From Sedimentisphaerales bacterium (GTDB lineage: Bacteria; Planctomycetota; Phycisphaerae; Sedimentisphaerales; Anaerobacaceae): 64,000 nt of DNA. The position numbers and the translations under genes were made by a program. The notes under the pieces are model-generated. The model had not been told where the DNA came from. It saw nothing but the letters and a program-made list of their open reading frames with translations, and did not search any database. Below are positions 1 to 12,782 of the stretch, in pieces (positions within the stretch are counted from its first letter, which is position 1; the number at the start of each line of letters is the position of its first letter). The stretch covers positions 5,312,001-5,376,000 of the forward strand of contig OY970194.1 in NCBI GenBank assembly GCA_963708075.1, read 5' to 3'.

Positions 1-204
1 GCGATCAGACGCAGTGCCGGTTCTGCCGGGGCGGCGTCAGAGTACATCGATTACAAGGATGTCGAGACCCTGCAGAAGCTGCTGACCAACCGGGGCAAGA
101 TCTATTCGCGCAAGCGCAGCGGCAATTGTGCCGGCTGCCAGAGGAAAGCCAAGGCCGCCATCAAGCGGGCCCGGTTCATGGCCCTGCTGCCGTATACCAC
201 GTAA
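1..204 (+). CDS. rpsR: 30S ribosomal protein S18 (5' truncated by window, one apparent indel near 40)
   Basis: Manual translation CRFC...[53 protein letters not shown]; directly upstream of L9. Confidence 0.95.
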   Translation, partial: AIRRSAGSAGAASEYIDYKDVETLQKLLTNRGKIYSRKRSGNCAGCQRKAKAAIKRARFMALLPYTT

Positions 205-224
205 GCGCGGGTTATTGAGGATTC

Positions 225-290
225 GTAGGGTGGGGCTTGCCCCACCGTCTATCTACCAGGATTGTTCATGGTGGGGCGCACCCACCCTAC
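225..290. repeat. GTAG-type REP doublet (REPIN-like)
   Basis: GTAGGGTGGGGCTTGCCCCACC ... GGTGGGGCGCACCCACCCTAC, inverted pair of hairpins; same family at 40359-40430. Confidence 0.8.
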
Positions 291-305
291 AACGAGGTAT
301 TGACG

Positions 306-810
306 ATGAAAGTACTACTTTGCGAGGATGTGAAGAAACTCGGCTGGCTCGGTGACGTTGTGGACGTTCCCGAAGGCTACGCCCGGAACTACCTGCTGCC
401 GCAGAGGCTGGCGAAAGTGGCGACGGAGGGCAACATCAAGTCCATCGCCCAGGAGAAGGCCAAGCGGTCCGAGCAGCGGCTCCAGGAGCGCCGGCGGTCT
501 GGAGAAGGCCGCGCAGGCTGTCAACGGCGCCGAGGCCGTCGTGGCCGCCAAGGCCAACGAGCAGGGGATTCTGTTCGGTTCCATCAGCGAGTCGATGATC
601 GCCGCCAATCTGCGGGCCCAGAGCTTCGAGGTGGCCGACGAGATCGTGAAGCTGCCCGAGCACATCAAGCAGCTCGGCACGCACGAGGTGACTCTGAAGT
701 TCGCCGACGATGTCACTGCGACGATCCGCGTCGTGGTCGTTCCGGAGCAGGTTGAGGCCCCGGAGGGGGCTGCCCCCGCCGCGGAGGCACAACCAGAAGA
801 GCAGGAATAG
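306..810 (+). CDS. rplI: 50S ribosomal protein L9 (frameshift near 497)
   Basis: [32 protein letters not shown] in one frame, GILFGSI...[14 protein letters not shown] in the next. Confidence 0.95.
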
Positions 811-919
811 GATCCGCCCGAGGCACTGTCTTACGACGATCCGAGCCGGTGCAGGCGGCGTCAAGTCGGCCATGTACCTGTTCGCCTCGCGATGAGATGT
901 CGTCGCTCTTGATGAATTG

Positions 920-965
920 AAGCGGCCCATATGCATGTTATCATGCTGTGGGCCGCTTGCGTTTT
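920..965 (+). terminator. Long hairpin, possible terminator after rplI
   Basis: AAGCGGCCCA/TGGGCCGCTT stem with inner GCATG/CATGC, followed by GCGTTTT. Confidence 0.45.
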
Positions 966-1339
966 CAGACGGCTCACATGGCCTGGAACCACGTACGAGA
1001 GGGGTCAAAATGGCTGTCCGAGTCGTCCGAAAAAATCTTCAAAGAAAATTGGATTTTGTGAACCGGGGCTGTGGGGGCCCGTACGGGTACATGATTTTGG
1101 GGGGCCGTAGGAGAGAAGGACGCCTCGAAACGGTCCACGAGTGAGTGAACGATAGAGAGACCCAGAGGAACGGTGAATTATTCGGGCTTTGAGGCTATGG
1201 CGGTAAACGGAATAATAACCTGTCAAACCCTACCCTTGGATCCGGCTTGCATTCCAAAGTAACACTCTCCTTCTGAGATATGCTGCCGCTGCGATCCGCT
1301 CCGGCGGCAGTGACTAAGCCATCCACAGGGCCTCCAACC

Positions 1340-1374
1340 AAAAGGCCGCGAGCTACACACGCTCGCGGCCTTTT
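1340..1374. terminator. Bidirectional intrinsic terminator
   Basis: AAAAGGCCGCGAGC-7nt-GCTCGCGGCCTTTT between convergent rplI and metY. Confidence 0.8.
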
Positions 1375-1398
1375 ATCGTTCGTGCGCGGCCTTTCATT

Positions 1399-1552
1399 GG
1401 CTTCGTTCCAGTTCCTTGAGGTCTGGGTGGCAGCGTCAAGCGCAGCTTGGCGATGGTTTGCCTATTCGCCATCGCCAAGGCCTTCGGCCTTGACGCTGCC
1501 ACCCGGCTACATAGCTTGCACAGGCCCAATCTCAAGAATGGGGGACGTTGCC
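1399..1552 (-). mobile_element. MITE family A copy (TIR plus internal 80-bp palindrome)
   Basis: Reverse-complement homolog of 10119-10263; degenerate 8-bp TSD CTTTCATT/CCTTCGTT. Confidence 0.8.
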
Positions 1553-1563
1553 CCTTCGTTTGA

Positions 1564-2877
<1,314 letters not shown>

Positions 2878-3219
2878 TTACACTCAGTCAAGATGTCCCT
2901 GCTCCGCTGCCCGCCGAGGGCGTCACGGGGATGAACGTCATCCAGCGCTCGATCTACACGCTTTGCGTACGCACATCTGCCCAATTTGTTTCCCAAAGGT
3001 CCCCGGATGCCATTCCGCCTGGACATTGTACGATCACAGGAGGACAGCCAATTTCCCACGGTTCCCGTAGTGGTGCTCTGATATACCCAGGCTCAATTCC
3101 TGTCAAGGACAATCGCAGCAAGCAGATCCTCTGGCTTTGTTCGGCCGGGCCGGTCCAGTGCGTGGCGAGGCCATTCCCCGCCTGCGCGGGGACAGGCTCT
3201 GGCCTCGCCTGGCAGGCCA

Positions 3220-3734
3220 AATTGGCTTTGTTTCGCAGACCACGCCCGCCCCCGGCGGGGAGGGGCGGCCCCGGCAATGGGCTTTGTTTCGCGCGGTAGG
3301 CCGAGCGTCGCCACTCGCCCCGGTCGGGCAGGCCGAATTGGCTTTGTTTCACAAGATCATCCACGCGCTCCCCTCCAGCCTGCCGCCTTCCCTCAGCCAA
3401 TTGGCTTTGTTTCGCGCCGGCCTGCCGCACTAGTCTTCTCCAGGTGCCCCATCCCGCCCAAGTTTGGCTTTGTTTCGCAGACCACGCCCGCCCTCGGCGG
3501 GGAGGGACGACCCCGGTAATTGGCTTTGTTTCGCAGAATAGCCCTGGCTCGTAGTGCCGCAAGGCGTTCGTGGCGAGGGCGTCCCACCCTTGTCTTCCGC
3601 CCCGAATTGGCTTTGTTTCATACAATTGGCCATGTGGCTCCCTCGTCCCGGCCGCGGGTCCCGGGGCATATTGGGTTTGTTTCGCATCGCCATCCTCCCC
3701 CCATGTCGGTCCCCGGAATTGGCTTTGTTTCGAA
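3220..3734. repeat. Array of nine 18-nt direct repeats (AATTGGCTTTGTTTCGCA consensus) with variable spacers; no cas genes
   Basis: Repeats start at 3220, 3276, 3336, 3399, 3462, 3518, 3605, 3669, 3717; degenerate copy near 3130. Confidence 0.9.
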
Positions 3735-4028
3735 GAATCGTTCATCCGTCCTCATTCCGTATTCCGCAGTTCCCGGCCCCCCCAACCTCCCGGGACTTAC
3801 GATTCTTGATCTTTGATTTTTGAAGTGTGATTTGATAGTTGGTCATAGGCCCATATACTAGAGACGCTCGCCGAGCCGGATTGTTGCAACAAGTTTCTGT
3901 TAGCTGGTGAAAATAATTACAACCTGTTGTAGCCCGGTGCCATACAGTGCTGTGTTGTCGTGCATCGACCTGGAAGACCCGCCCCTGCCCCGCCCTACCC
4001 CGTGGCAGCCCCCCCGCATGGCGGCGCC

Positions 4029-4138
4029 GTTCGTAGTGACGCCGTAAGGCGTTCCCGTAGCATGGGCGTCCCGCCCATGAATCTCAAATCACGGGCAAAA
4101 TGCCCGTGCTACCATGCCCTTACGGGCACACTACAAAC
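4029..4138. repeat. GTTCGTAGTG-type REP doublet with a second GTAG-REP doublet nested inside
   Basis: GTTCGTAGTGACGCCGTAAGGCGTT ... ATGCCCTTACGGGCACACTACAAAC; uninterrupted copy at 60790-60847, half copy at 32790. Confidence 0.8.
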
Positions 4139-4467
4139 GAGCCGATCCGTCTGCTGCAAACGCCGGTTTTCCTTCACAGACACGCCCCGGCCTTCGGCCG
4201 CAATCAAGACCGCGATAGCCGAAAGAAGCGAAAAGGAGCGAAAAGATCATGTAGGCCGGCCGTCCCCAACTGGGGCAACCGCCAGACGCAGCCGCTTGAA
4301 GGCTGGGCTACAAGGCATACCGTTTTCTTTGCGTCTTCCTTCGCTCTTGTCGGCTCTCCGTTTCATTCCTTCCTCCTGTTCGTCCTTTCGGCTGCCCTTG
4401 TTGAGCCCGCCCGCAGGATGGGCCCGTGACCGACGCCGCTATCTTCCCGAAATTCTCGCCCGCCCGC

Positions 4468-4496
4468 TTGACCCGCCCGGGCGGACAAGTTACAAT
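4468..4496 (+). promoter_or_regulatory. sigma70-type promoter
   Basis: TTGACC-17nt-TACAAT upstream of the 4693 ORF. Confidence 0.6.
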
Positions 4497-4692
4497 CACG
4501 GATGACAGTTGGAGCGAATCGCATGGTGGCAGTGCTGGAGACGGACAATCTCAGGGACTCGCTCGGTACACATGGGGCAATCGTTGGTCCACGCGTCGCG
4601 GGACGGAGTTACAACGGCCCTCTTCAACCTAAACGCGTAACTTAAGGGCCGACCCCCAAAAGTCCCTGGGCGGTAAGAGAAGGGAGATACAC

Positions 4693-5322
4693 ATGGCGAA
4701 ACGGAAGGTCGGAGAGTTGCTTCGGATCAACCTGACGGTTCCACTCTGGTTCATCATCGGTGCGGGTGTGCTCGCCTTTCTTATCAGCTATCTCTGCGCA
4801 GCACAACACCGAGACCAGATCAAGTTTGCAGCCGTTCTCCTCGGTGCCGCCGCCGGGATCTACAGCGCGTACTATGTCGGTGCTGCCCTGCGTTTGCAGC
4901 TTTCAAGAGAGCGCCAGAAGGCAAGCTTCGAGCTGCTCGGCCTGCTGAATCGACCTGAATTCGTCAAAGTGAGAAACTTCCTGGAAAGGGAAGTTGAAGG
5001 GCACGAGAAACTCTCCGCTGAAGAGCTCTACGCCAAGGTCGATGGGAACGATGAACTGGATAACGCTGTAACAGTGGTGATGGACATTCTGGAGGACATG
5101 TCGATAGCGATCCAGAACGACTACGCTGAGGAAGAGATTCTCCGTCTATCTCTGGTGTGTATCGTCGAGCGGAATTGGAATGGTCTGCGTGGCTGGGTCG
5201 AGCAACTTCGCAAGAAGCATGGCGATCAAAGACTGTTTTCGGAACTCCAGAAGCTCGCGACAAGCTGGGAGTCGGGAAAGCGCCTATGCGATGGGCGGGA
5301 ACTCCCAGTGCTTCCCAAGTGA
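4693..5322 (+). CDS. Membrane protein, DUF4760-like
   Basis: Two N-terminal TM helices then RQKASFELL...ILEDMSIAIQND..EEEIL...W..L..WV..LR.....LFSELQKLA..W pattern; AGGGAG RBS. Confidence 0.7.
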   Translation: MAKRKVGELLRINLTVPLWFIIGAGVLAFLISYLCAAQHRDQIKFAAVLLGAAAGIYSAYYVGAALRLQLSRERQKASFELLGLLNRPEFVKVRNFLEREVEGHEKLSAEELYAKVDGNDELDNAVTVVMDILEDMSIAIQNDYAEEEILRLSLVCIVERNWNGLRGWVEQLRKKHGDQRLFSELQKLATSWESGKRLCDGRELPVLPK

Positions 5323-5561
5323 TTGACGTTAGGGCGGGCCCTACCGCGACACTTAATTCAGACTCGCAATGAGTATTGTGCCCCCGGAATCTCCCGTAAC
5401 TTCGCGACGGACTAAGGGCTCCCCCACGTCCCGTTGGCTTTCCTTTTAAACTCGCGCCTCACGTTCGGTGGAATTTGGTATGGTGTCACGGCAATTCACC
5501 GCAATTCCCATAAAGCTTGCCATGCGTGGTCACCATCCTTGGACGTTTCCGCGTGGGGTAG

Positions 5562-5723
5562 TTACTTGCCCTTCTTCCCGCCACGCCCCGTGTCACCGTG
5601 TCCGGGGAGCGGGATGTTTTCCTTTTGCGTCGTCGCCGGCCGCTTGTCGGCTTCTTTCAGCGGAATGAACTTCCCAGTGCGTGAGTCACGCGCGCCTCGT
5701 CGTGCTTGCCGGTCTTTGGCCAT
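5562..5723 (-). CDS. 53-aa small basic protein (below ORF-track cutoff)
   Basis: GAAAGGAG RBS 7 nt upstream; MAKDRQARRGARDSRTGKFIPLKEADKRPATTQKENIPLPGHGDTGRGGKKGK*. Confidence 0.7.
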   Translation of the reverse strand: MAKDRQARRGARDSRTGKFIPLKEADKRPATTQKENIPLPGHGDTGRGGKKGK

Positions 5724-5907
5724 CTGATAGCTCCTTTCTGTTCAATGCAATCCTTACAAGACTCGAATAGACTACCCGATCAGAATGGTCGCCGCAAGGC
5801 AAGACGACGCCATTATCCGGTTTCAACGGGTCTTCGAGGGTCGGGTATCCATATAGGATTCTTGTCAAGTACAAGAATATTCTCTCTGAACCGAAATCTT
5901 TACGGGG

Positions 5908-6084
5908 TCAGGGGCCAGCCCTTAAGTCAAGCGTTAAGGGTGGCGGGGGGTCTTTGAGTTTGGCGGCGATGGTGGCTACCGTGACTTGCAGGCGTTTGTT
6001 TGATTCAAGGGCCTGGGCGAGCTTGCGCAGTTGGAGACTGACGGCCGCCCCGGTGGCGATGCCCAGTATGTGGGCCGCCTGCCG
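5908..6084 (-). pseudogene. C-terminal HTH remnant resembling the tail of REP-associated (Y1/HUH) transposases
   Basis: RQAAHILGIATGAAVSLQLRKLAQALESNKRLQ..., no start codon, ends in a TGACCCC motif. Confidence 0.45.
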
Positions 6085-6231
6085 TTAGGCTTGTGCAGCG
6101 TTTTGAATATCAGTTATGAGACAGGCGGATATTGACTAAGGTGCGGGGGTGCGGTATTCTGGGTGGTTTGCCCGGCGCTTGTGCTGCGCGCTAAGGGGCC
6201 ACTGAAATCAACTATTGTCGAAAGCGTCAGA

Positions 6232-8042
6232 ATGCTGAAAAGAACACACAACTGCGGCGAGCTTCGCCTGGAAGACACGGGCAAGAAGGTCATACTATCC
6301 GGCTGGGTCCAGTCCTATCGGGACCACGGCAACCTGGTGTTTTTCGATTTACGAGACCGGGAGGGGCTGACGCAACTGGTGTTTGACCCCGAGATCCAGG
6401 CGGAGCCACACCGAATGGCCCGCACGGTCCGCTGCGAGTGGGTCGTCGCCGCCAGCGGCACGGTTCGGCCGAGGAGCGAGGGCATGGAGAACCCCAAGCT
6501 GGTCACCGGGCAGATCGAAGTGATCGTGGACCGGCTGGAGATCCTCAATATGGCCAGGACCCCGCCGTTCGACATCGACGACGAGATCCGCACCAACGAG
6601 GAAACCCGGCTGGAGTACCGCTACATCGATCTTCGCCGGCCTTCGATGCAGCAAAAGCTGCGGACCCGCCATCGCGTCACGTCGCTCGTGCGCAAGTACT
6701 TTGACGAGAAGGGTTTCTGGGAGATCGAGACTCCCATGCTGGCCAAGAGCACGCCGGAGGGGGCCAGGGACTTCCTCGTGCCCAGCCGCCTGGTGCGAGG
6801 CTCCTTCTACGCCTTGCCCCAGTCGCCCCAGTTGTTCAAGCAGATCCTGATGATGAGCGGCATGGACAAGTACTTCCAGATCGTCCGCTGCTTCCGCGAT
6901 GAGGACCCGCGGGCCGACCGCCAGGCGGAGTTCACGCAGATCGACGTGGAGATGAGCTTCGTCGAGTCCGATGACGTCATTCGGATGCATGAGCCGCTGA
7001 TCGCCCGGATCTGGAAGGAGATCGCGGGGATCGACGTGCCGCTGCCCATCCGCAGAATGCCATACTCCGAGGCGATGCGGGATTACGGCATCGACCGGCC
7101 CGACCTGCGGTTCGACATGAAGCTCAAGGATATCTCCGACCTTGCCCGCCAGAGCACCTTCAAAGTGTTCGTCTCGACCATCGAGAATGGGGGCGTGGTC
7201 AAAGGTTTGTGCGCCCGGCCGGCGACAAGTACTCGCGAAGCGATATCGACAAGACGCTCACGGGCCTTGTGATGGACTATGGCGCCAAAGGCCTGTCCTG
7301 GGGCAAGCTGAAAATGGAGGGCGGAACGCCCTCGTTCGTCGGCGGGCTCGGCAAGTTCTTCACTCCCGAGCAGCAGAAGCAGTTGGTCGAGCGCTTCGGG
7401 GCCAAAGACGGCGATATATTGCTGGTCGTGGCCGACAAAGAGGCCGCGGCGAACAAGGCGCTGGCGCCGCTTCGATGCCGGGTGGCCAGGGACCTGAAAA
7501 TGTACGATCCGAGCAAGTTCGAATTTGTTTGGGTCGTAGACTTCCCGCTGTTCGAATGGAACGAGGATGACAAGCGGTTCGATTCCGTCCATCATCCGTT
7601 TACAGCCCCGGTAGCCGAGGACCTGCTCAAGCTCGAAACCGATCCGGGCCACATCCGCTCCCAGGCGTATGACATCGTCGTCAACGGCAGCGAGGTCGGC
7701 GGCGGAAGCATTCGTATCCACAGGCCCGAGGTCCAGCAGAAAGTCTTCGATCTGCTCAACATCACGCGGGAGCAGGCGGAAGTACGGTTCGGTTTCTTCC
7801 TCAAGGCTCTGGACTACGGTGCCCCGCCCCACGGCGGCATCGCCCTTGGACTGGACAGGCTCATCATGATGCTGACCGGCACGGACAACATCCGCGACGT
7901 GATCGCGTTCCCCAAGACGCAGAGGGGCCAGTGCCTCATGACCGGCGCTCCCAGCGAGGTCGATCAGAAGCAGCTCGATGAGCTTAACCTGCGGACGCAA
8001 AAGCACTTACACGCGGACGAGGAGAAGCCCAAGCAACCGTAG
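6232..8042 (+). CDS. aspS: Aspartate-tRNA ligase, probably non-discriminating (frameshift near 7215)
   Basis: [59 protein letters not shown] in RDHG and GxxNP fit the ND type. Confidence 0.97.
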
Positions 8043-8163
8043 GACGGCTGGATTGATGACTGACAATTGATGATTTTGAGTTGTCCGGCGCAGCGAAACA
8101 CTTAGAATGGCCTTCACGGCAACGGTCCGGCAATGATCAATAATCAGTGGTCAATTACGAGCT

Positions 8164-9807
8164 ATGCGTATCGATCTGGGCAAGGTCCTGCAACGGGTTC
8201 TGCGGTTTCTGCATCTGACGCCGCTTTCGCTTGCGGAGAAGTGCCGGATCATGTTCGGCGCGGCCGTGCTGTTCAGTCTGGTCATCGCGCTGCTGATTCC
8301 CTACATCTGGATGCGCCAGCTCACCAAGGGGACGCTACTGGAGACCAACAAAGCCAGGGCGGAATCGCTGTTGCTCCACCTCCACTTCAAACTGAAATCC
8401 TCGGGCGAGATCACCCTGCCGGAGTTGAACGAGCAGGGAGCGGCAAAGGAACCGAACCAGCCCGACATCGTCTGGGTGCGCTTCCAGCGGGAGAAGGATA
8501 AGAGCGATTTCTCAAAGCTGAGCAGCGTACAGAGGCAGCTCCTGGATGAGTTGGTGGCCGGCGGGACGCAGGATGAGACCATCGCGCTGAGCCGGGTCAA
8601 TGGCGTGCTGCAAAGCGATTATGTGCGCGTGTTCCGCGCCACGGACAACTGCGTGAGTTGCCACAGTGCACAAAGCATCGCCGCGCCGTTCACCCCAAAG
8701 GAGATCATCGGGGCGGCGGTCGTCCAGACTCGCAACATCGGAGGCGAGTTGAGGTGGATGACCCTCATGAACGGCGTCTGGATCCTCGTGGCCGGCATCA
8801 TCGGCGGCACCGGCGCCATCGTGGCCTTCTACTGGATCACCCAGCGGGTCATCCTTCGCCCGATCCGCCAGTTGCGGGCCTTGGCCAACAATGTCGCCGA
8901 AGGCAACCTGGACATCCGAAGCTCCATCGCCACGGCCGACGAGTATGAGAAGCTCGCCCAGGCCTTCAACCACATGCTCGACAACTTGCAGGCCGCCCAG
9001 GAGGAGCTGCGCCAGGCGAACCGCCAGCTCGACGCGAAAATCGGCGAGCTGTCCGAGCGCAATATCGAGCTGTTCCGAGCCAACCAGCTCAAGAGCGAAT
9101 TCCTGGCGAACATGTCGCACGAATTTCGCACGCCGCTCAACGCGATCCTCGGTTTCGCCCAGGTGCTCCGCGAGAAGCCGGGGCTGCTCAGGCGGGACAA
9201 GGGGCAGCGGTACATCGAGAACATCATCACCAGCGGCAACGGCCTGTTGAGCATGATCAACGACCTGCTCGACCTGGCCAAGGCGCAGGCCGGCAAGATG
9301 GAGCTGCACGTCGAGCAGACCTCGCTGGTGCAGTTGTGCGAAGTTGTCGTGTCGTCGTTTTCGCTGCTCGCGAAGAAGAAGAGACTGAAAATCCAAATGG
9401 AAGTGGACAAGAATGTTCCGCTGCTTGTGACGGACGCGGGCAAGGTGCAGCAGGTGCTGTACAACTTCCTGAGCAACGCGGTGAAGTTCACGCCCCTTCG
9501 CGGCCGGATCGACATTCACGCCTCCATGCTCGATGAGAAGATGGTGCGCATCGCCGTGACGGACACCGGCTGCGGCATCGCGGAGGCCGACCGGGAGATC
9601 ATCTTCGACAAGTTCCGCCAGGCCGACGGCTCGCTGACGCGCGAATCGGCGGGCAGCGGGCTGGGCCTGTCCATCTGCAAGGAGTTGGCCGCCATGCTGG
9701 CCGGGTCCATCGGCCTGGCAAGCGAGGTCGGCCGGGGCTCCTGCTTCTGGCTCGACATTCCCGTCCAGTTGCGCCGGGCGGCGCCTCCCATCCGCAAGCC
9801 GAACTAG
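8164..9807 (+). CDS. Membrane sensor histidine kinase with periplasmic CxxCH motif, HAMP, HisKA and HATPase domains
   Basis: Two TM helices, CVSCH, FLANMSHEFRTPLN, NFLSNAVKFT, DTGCGI, GSGLGL. Confidence 0.93.
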   Translation: MRIDLGKVLQRVLRFLHLTPLSLAEKCRIMFGAAVLFSLVIALLIPYIWMRQLTKGTLLETNKARAESLLLHLHFKLKSSGEITLPELNEQGAAKEPNQPDIVWVRFQREKDKSDFSKLSSVQRQLLDELVAGGTQDETIALSRVNGVLQSDYVRVFRATDNCVSCHSAQSIAAPFTPKEIIGAAVVQTRNIGGELRWMTLMNGVWILVAGIIGGTGAIVAFYWITQRVILRPIRQLRALANNVAEGNLDIRSSIATADEYEKLAQAFNHMLDNLQAAQEELRQANRQLDAKIGELSERNIELFRANQLKSEFLANMSHEFRTPLNAILGFAQVLREKPGLLRRDKGQRYIENIITSGNGLLSMINDLLDLAKAQAGKMELHVEQTSLVQLCEVVVSSFSLLAKKKRLKIQMEVDKNVPLLVTDAGKVQQVLYNFLSNAVKFTPLRGRIDIHASMLDEKMVRIAVTDTGCGIAEADREIIFDKFRQADGSLTRESAGSGLGLSICKELAAMLAGSIGLASEVGRGSCFWLDIPVQLRRAAPPIRKPN

Positions 9808-9830
9808 CAAATCTCAAATCGTGAAAAAAA

Positions 9831-10001
9831 GGATTCTGCAAAATGGAGATTGGGCTTATATTGTTCAAGGAAATCGGCTTTGAGAGTTCCTTGAGCAATC
9901 CATATGATCATTTCTGCGTCCAACACTTGCTATTTCTGAAGGAAAAATGAAAGACGATTTTTCCTTCAGAAAGTAAACCCAATCTCCATTTTGCAGAGTT
10001 C
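9831..10001. mobile_element. 171-bp MITE-like element, family C (about 40-bp imperfect TIRs)
   Basis: TCTGCAAAATGGAGATTGGG perfect 20-nt inverted core at both ends; related single end at 19527-19557. Confidence 0.65.
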
Positions 10002-10023
10002 ATATTCTAAGAAGGAACTGTTC

Positions 10024-12243
<2,220 letters not shown>

Positions 12244-12283
12244 TGACGACTCGGTTGCTGCAGAGCACAATGGGTCTTCGTTG

Positions 12284-12367
12284 GTCCACGTCGTCCACTG
12301 TGTCCATCACGTCCACAGTAGTCTCGTGGACATGGTGGACGAAGTGGACGTTATGGACGAACAGGAC
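12284..12367. repeat. Inverted arrays of 9-nt periodic repeats (GTCCAC/GTGGAC)
   Basis: GTCCACGTCGTCCACTGTGTCCATCACGTCCAC ... GTGGACATGGTGGACGAAGTGGACGTTATGGAC. Confidence 0.8.
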
Positions 12368-12521
12368 CACTCGGACCGCCGCCGACCCAGGCTTCACTGC
12401 CCGGCCCCCGGAGGCGACACTTGGCGAAAAAGCCCGGCAAAAAGCCTGTCGTGCGGGCGGTCAGTCTGCCGATGCCTTGAATCGGGGCGCCTGATGTCGC
12501 GGCGGCACAACGGCTTGTGAT

Positions 12522-12610
12522 GGGTGGCAGCGTCAAGGCCGAAGGCCTTGGCGATGGCTGCACCGCATCCCAAGAACGCCATCGCCAAGCTGCGCTTGAC
12601 GCTGCCACCC
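12522..12610 (+). repeat. Internal palindrome of family A without TIRs
   Basis: GGGTGGCAGCGTCAAG...CTTGACGCTGCCACCC, same arms as 10158-10237. Confidence 0.9.
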
Positions 12611-12670
12611 AGGTGTCCCGGACGGATCGTGAAAACTTGCGGCAATCGGCGTCAACTTCCGCTTCGCCGT

Positions 12671-12699
12671 TTGACCGTCAGCGAACGTGGCGGTACAAT
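12671..12699 (+). promoter_or_regulatory. sigma70-type promoter of the dnaB-bamA-lpx operon
   Basis: TTGACC-17nt-TACAAT. Confidence 0.7.
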
Positions 12700-12782
12700 G
12701 CTGGCCTGTTGTCGGTGAAAGCCAAAATACAGGGACGAGTCGATTCCGTATTTCGGGCGTGTTAGTTGGACAGGATGCTCTG

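Noticed and set aside
811..1330. Gene, ncRNA or replication origin in the rplI-metY gap
   Set aside because: No convincing ORF with RBS, no clear DnaA-box cluster and no recognisable RNA family; only hairpins noted
3220..3734. Calling the array a bona fide CRISPR
   Set aside because: Repeat is only 18 nt and non-palindromic, spacer lengths vary from 30 to 69 nt, one spacer is duplicated, and no cas genes are in the window
2954..3745. 263-aa ORF and other ORFs across the repeat array as repeat proteins
   Set aside because: Repeat periods are not consistently multiples of 3 and the motif is read in different frames; GC-rich DNA gives long chance ORFs
5323..5400. Integron attC site after the DUF4760-like gene
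   Set aside because: GTTAGGG does not fit GTTRRRY with a matching RYYYAAC, and no integron integrase is present
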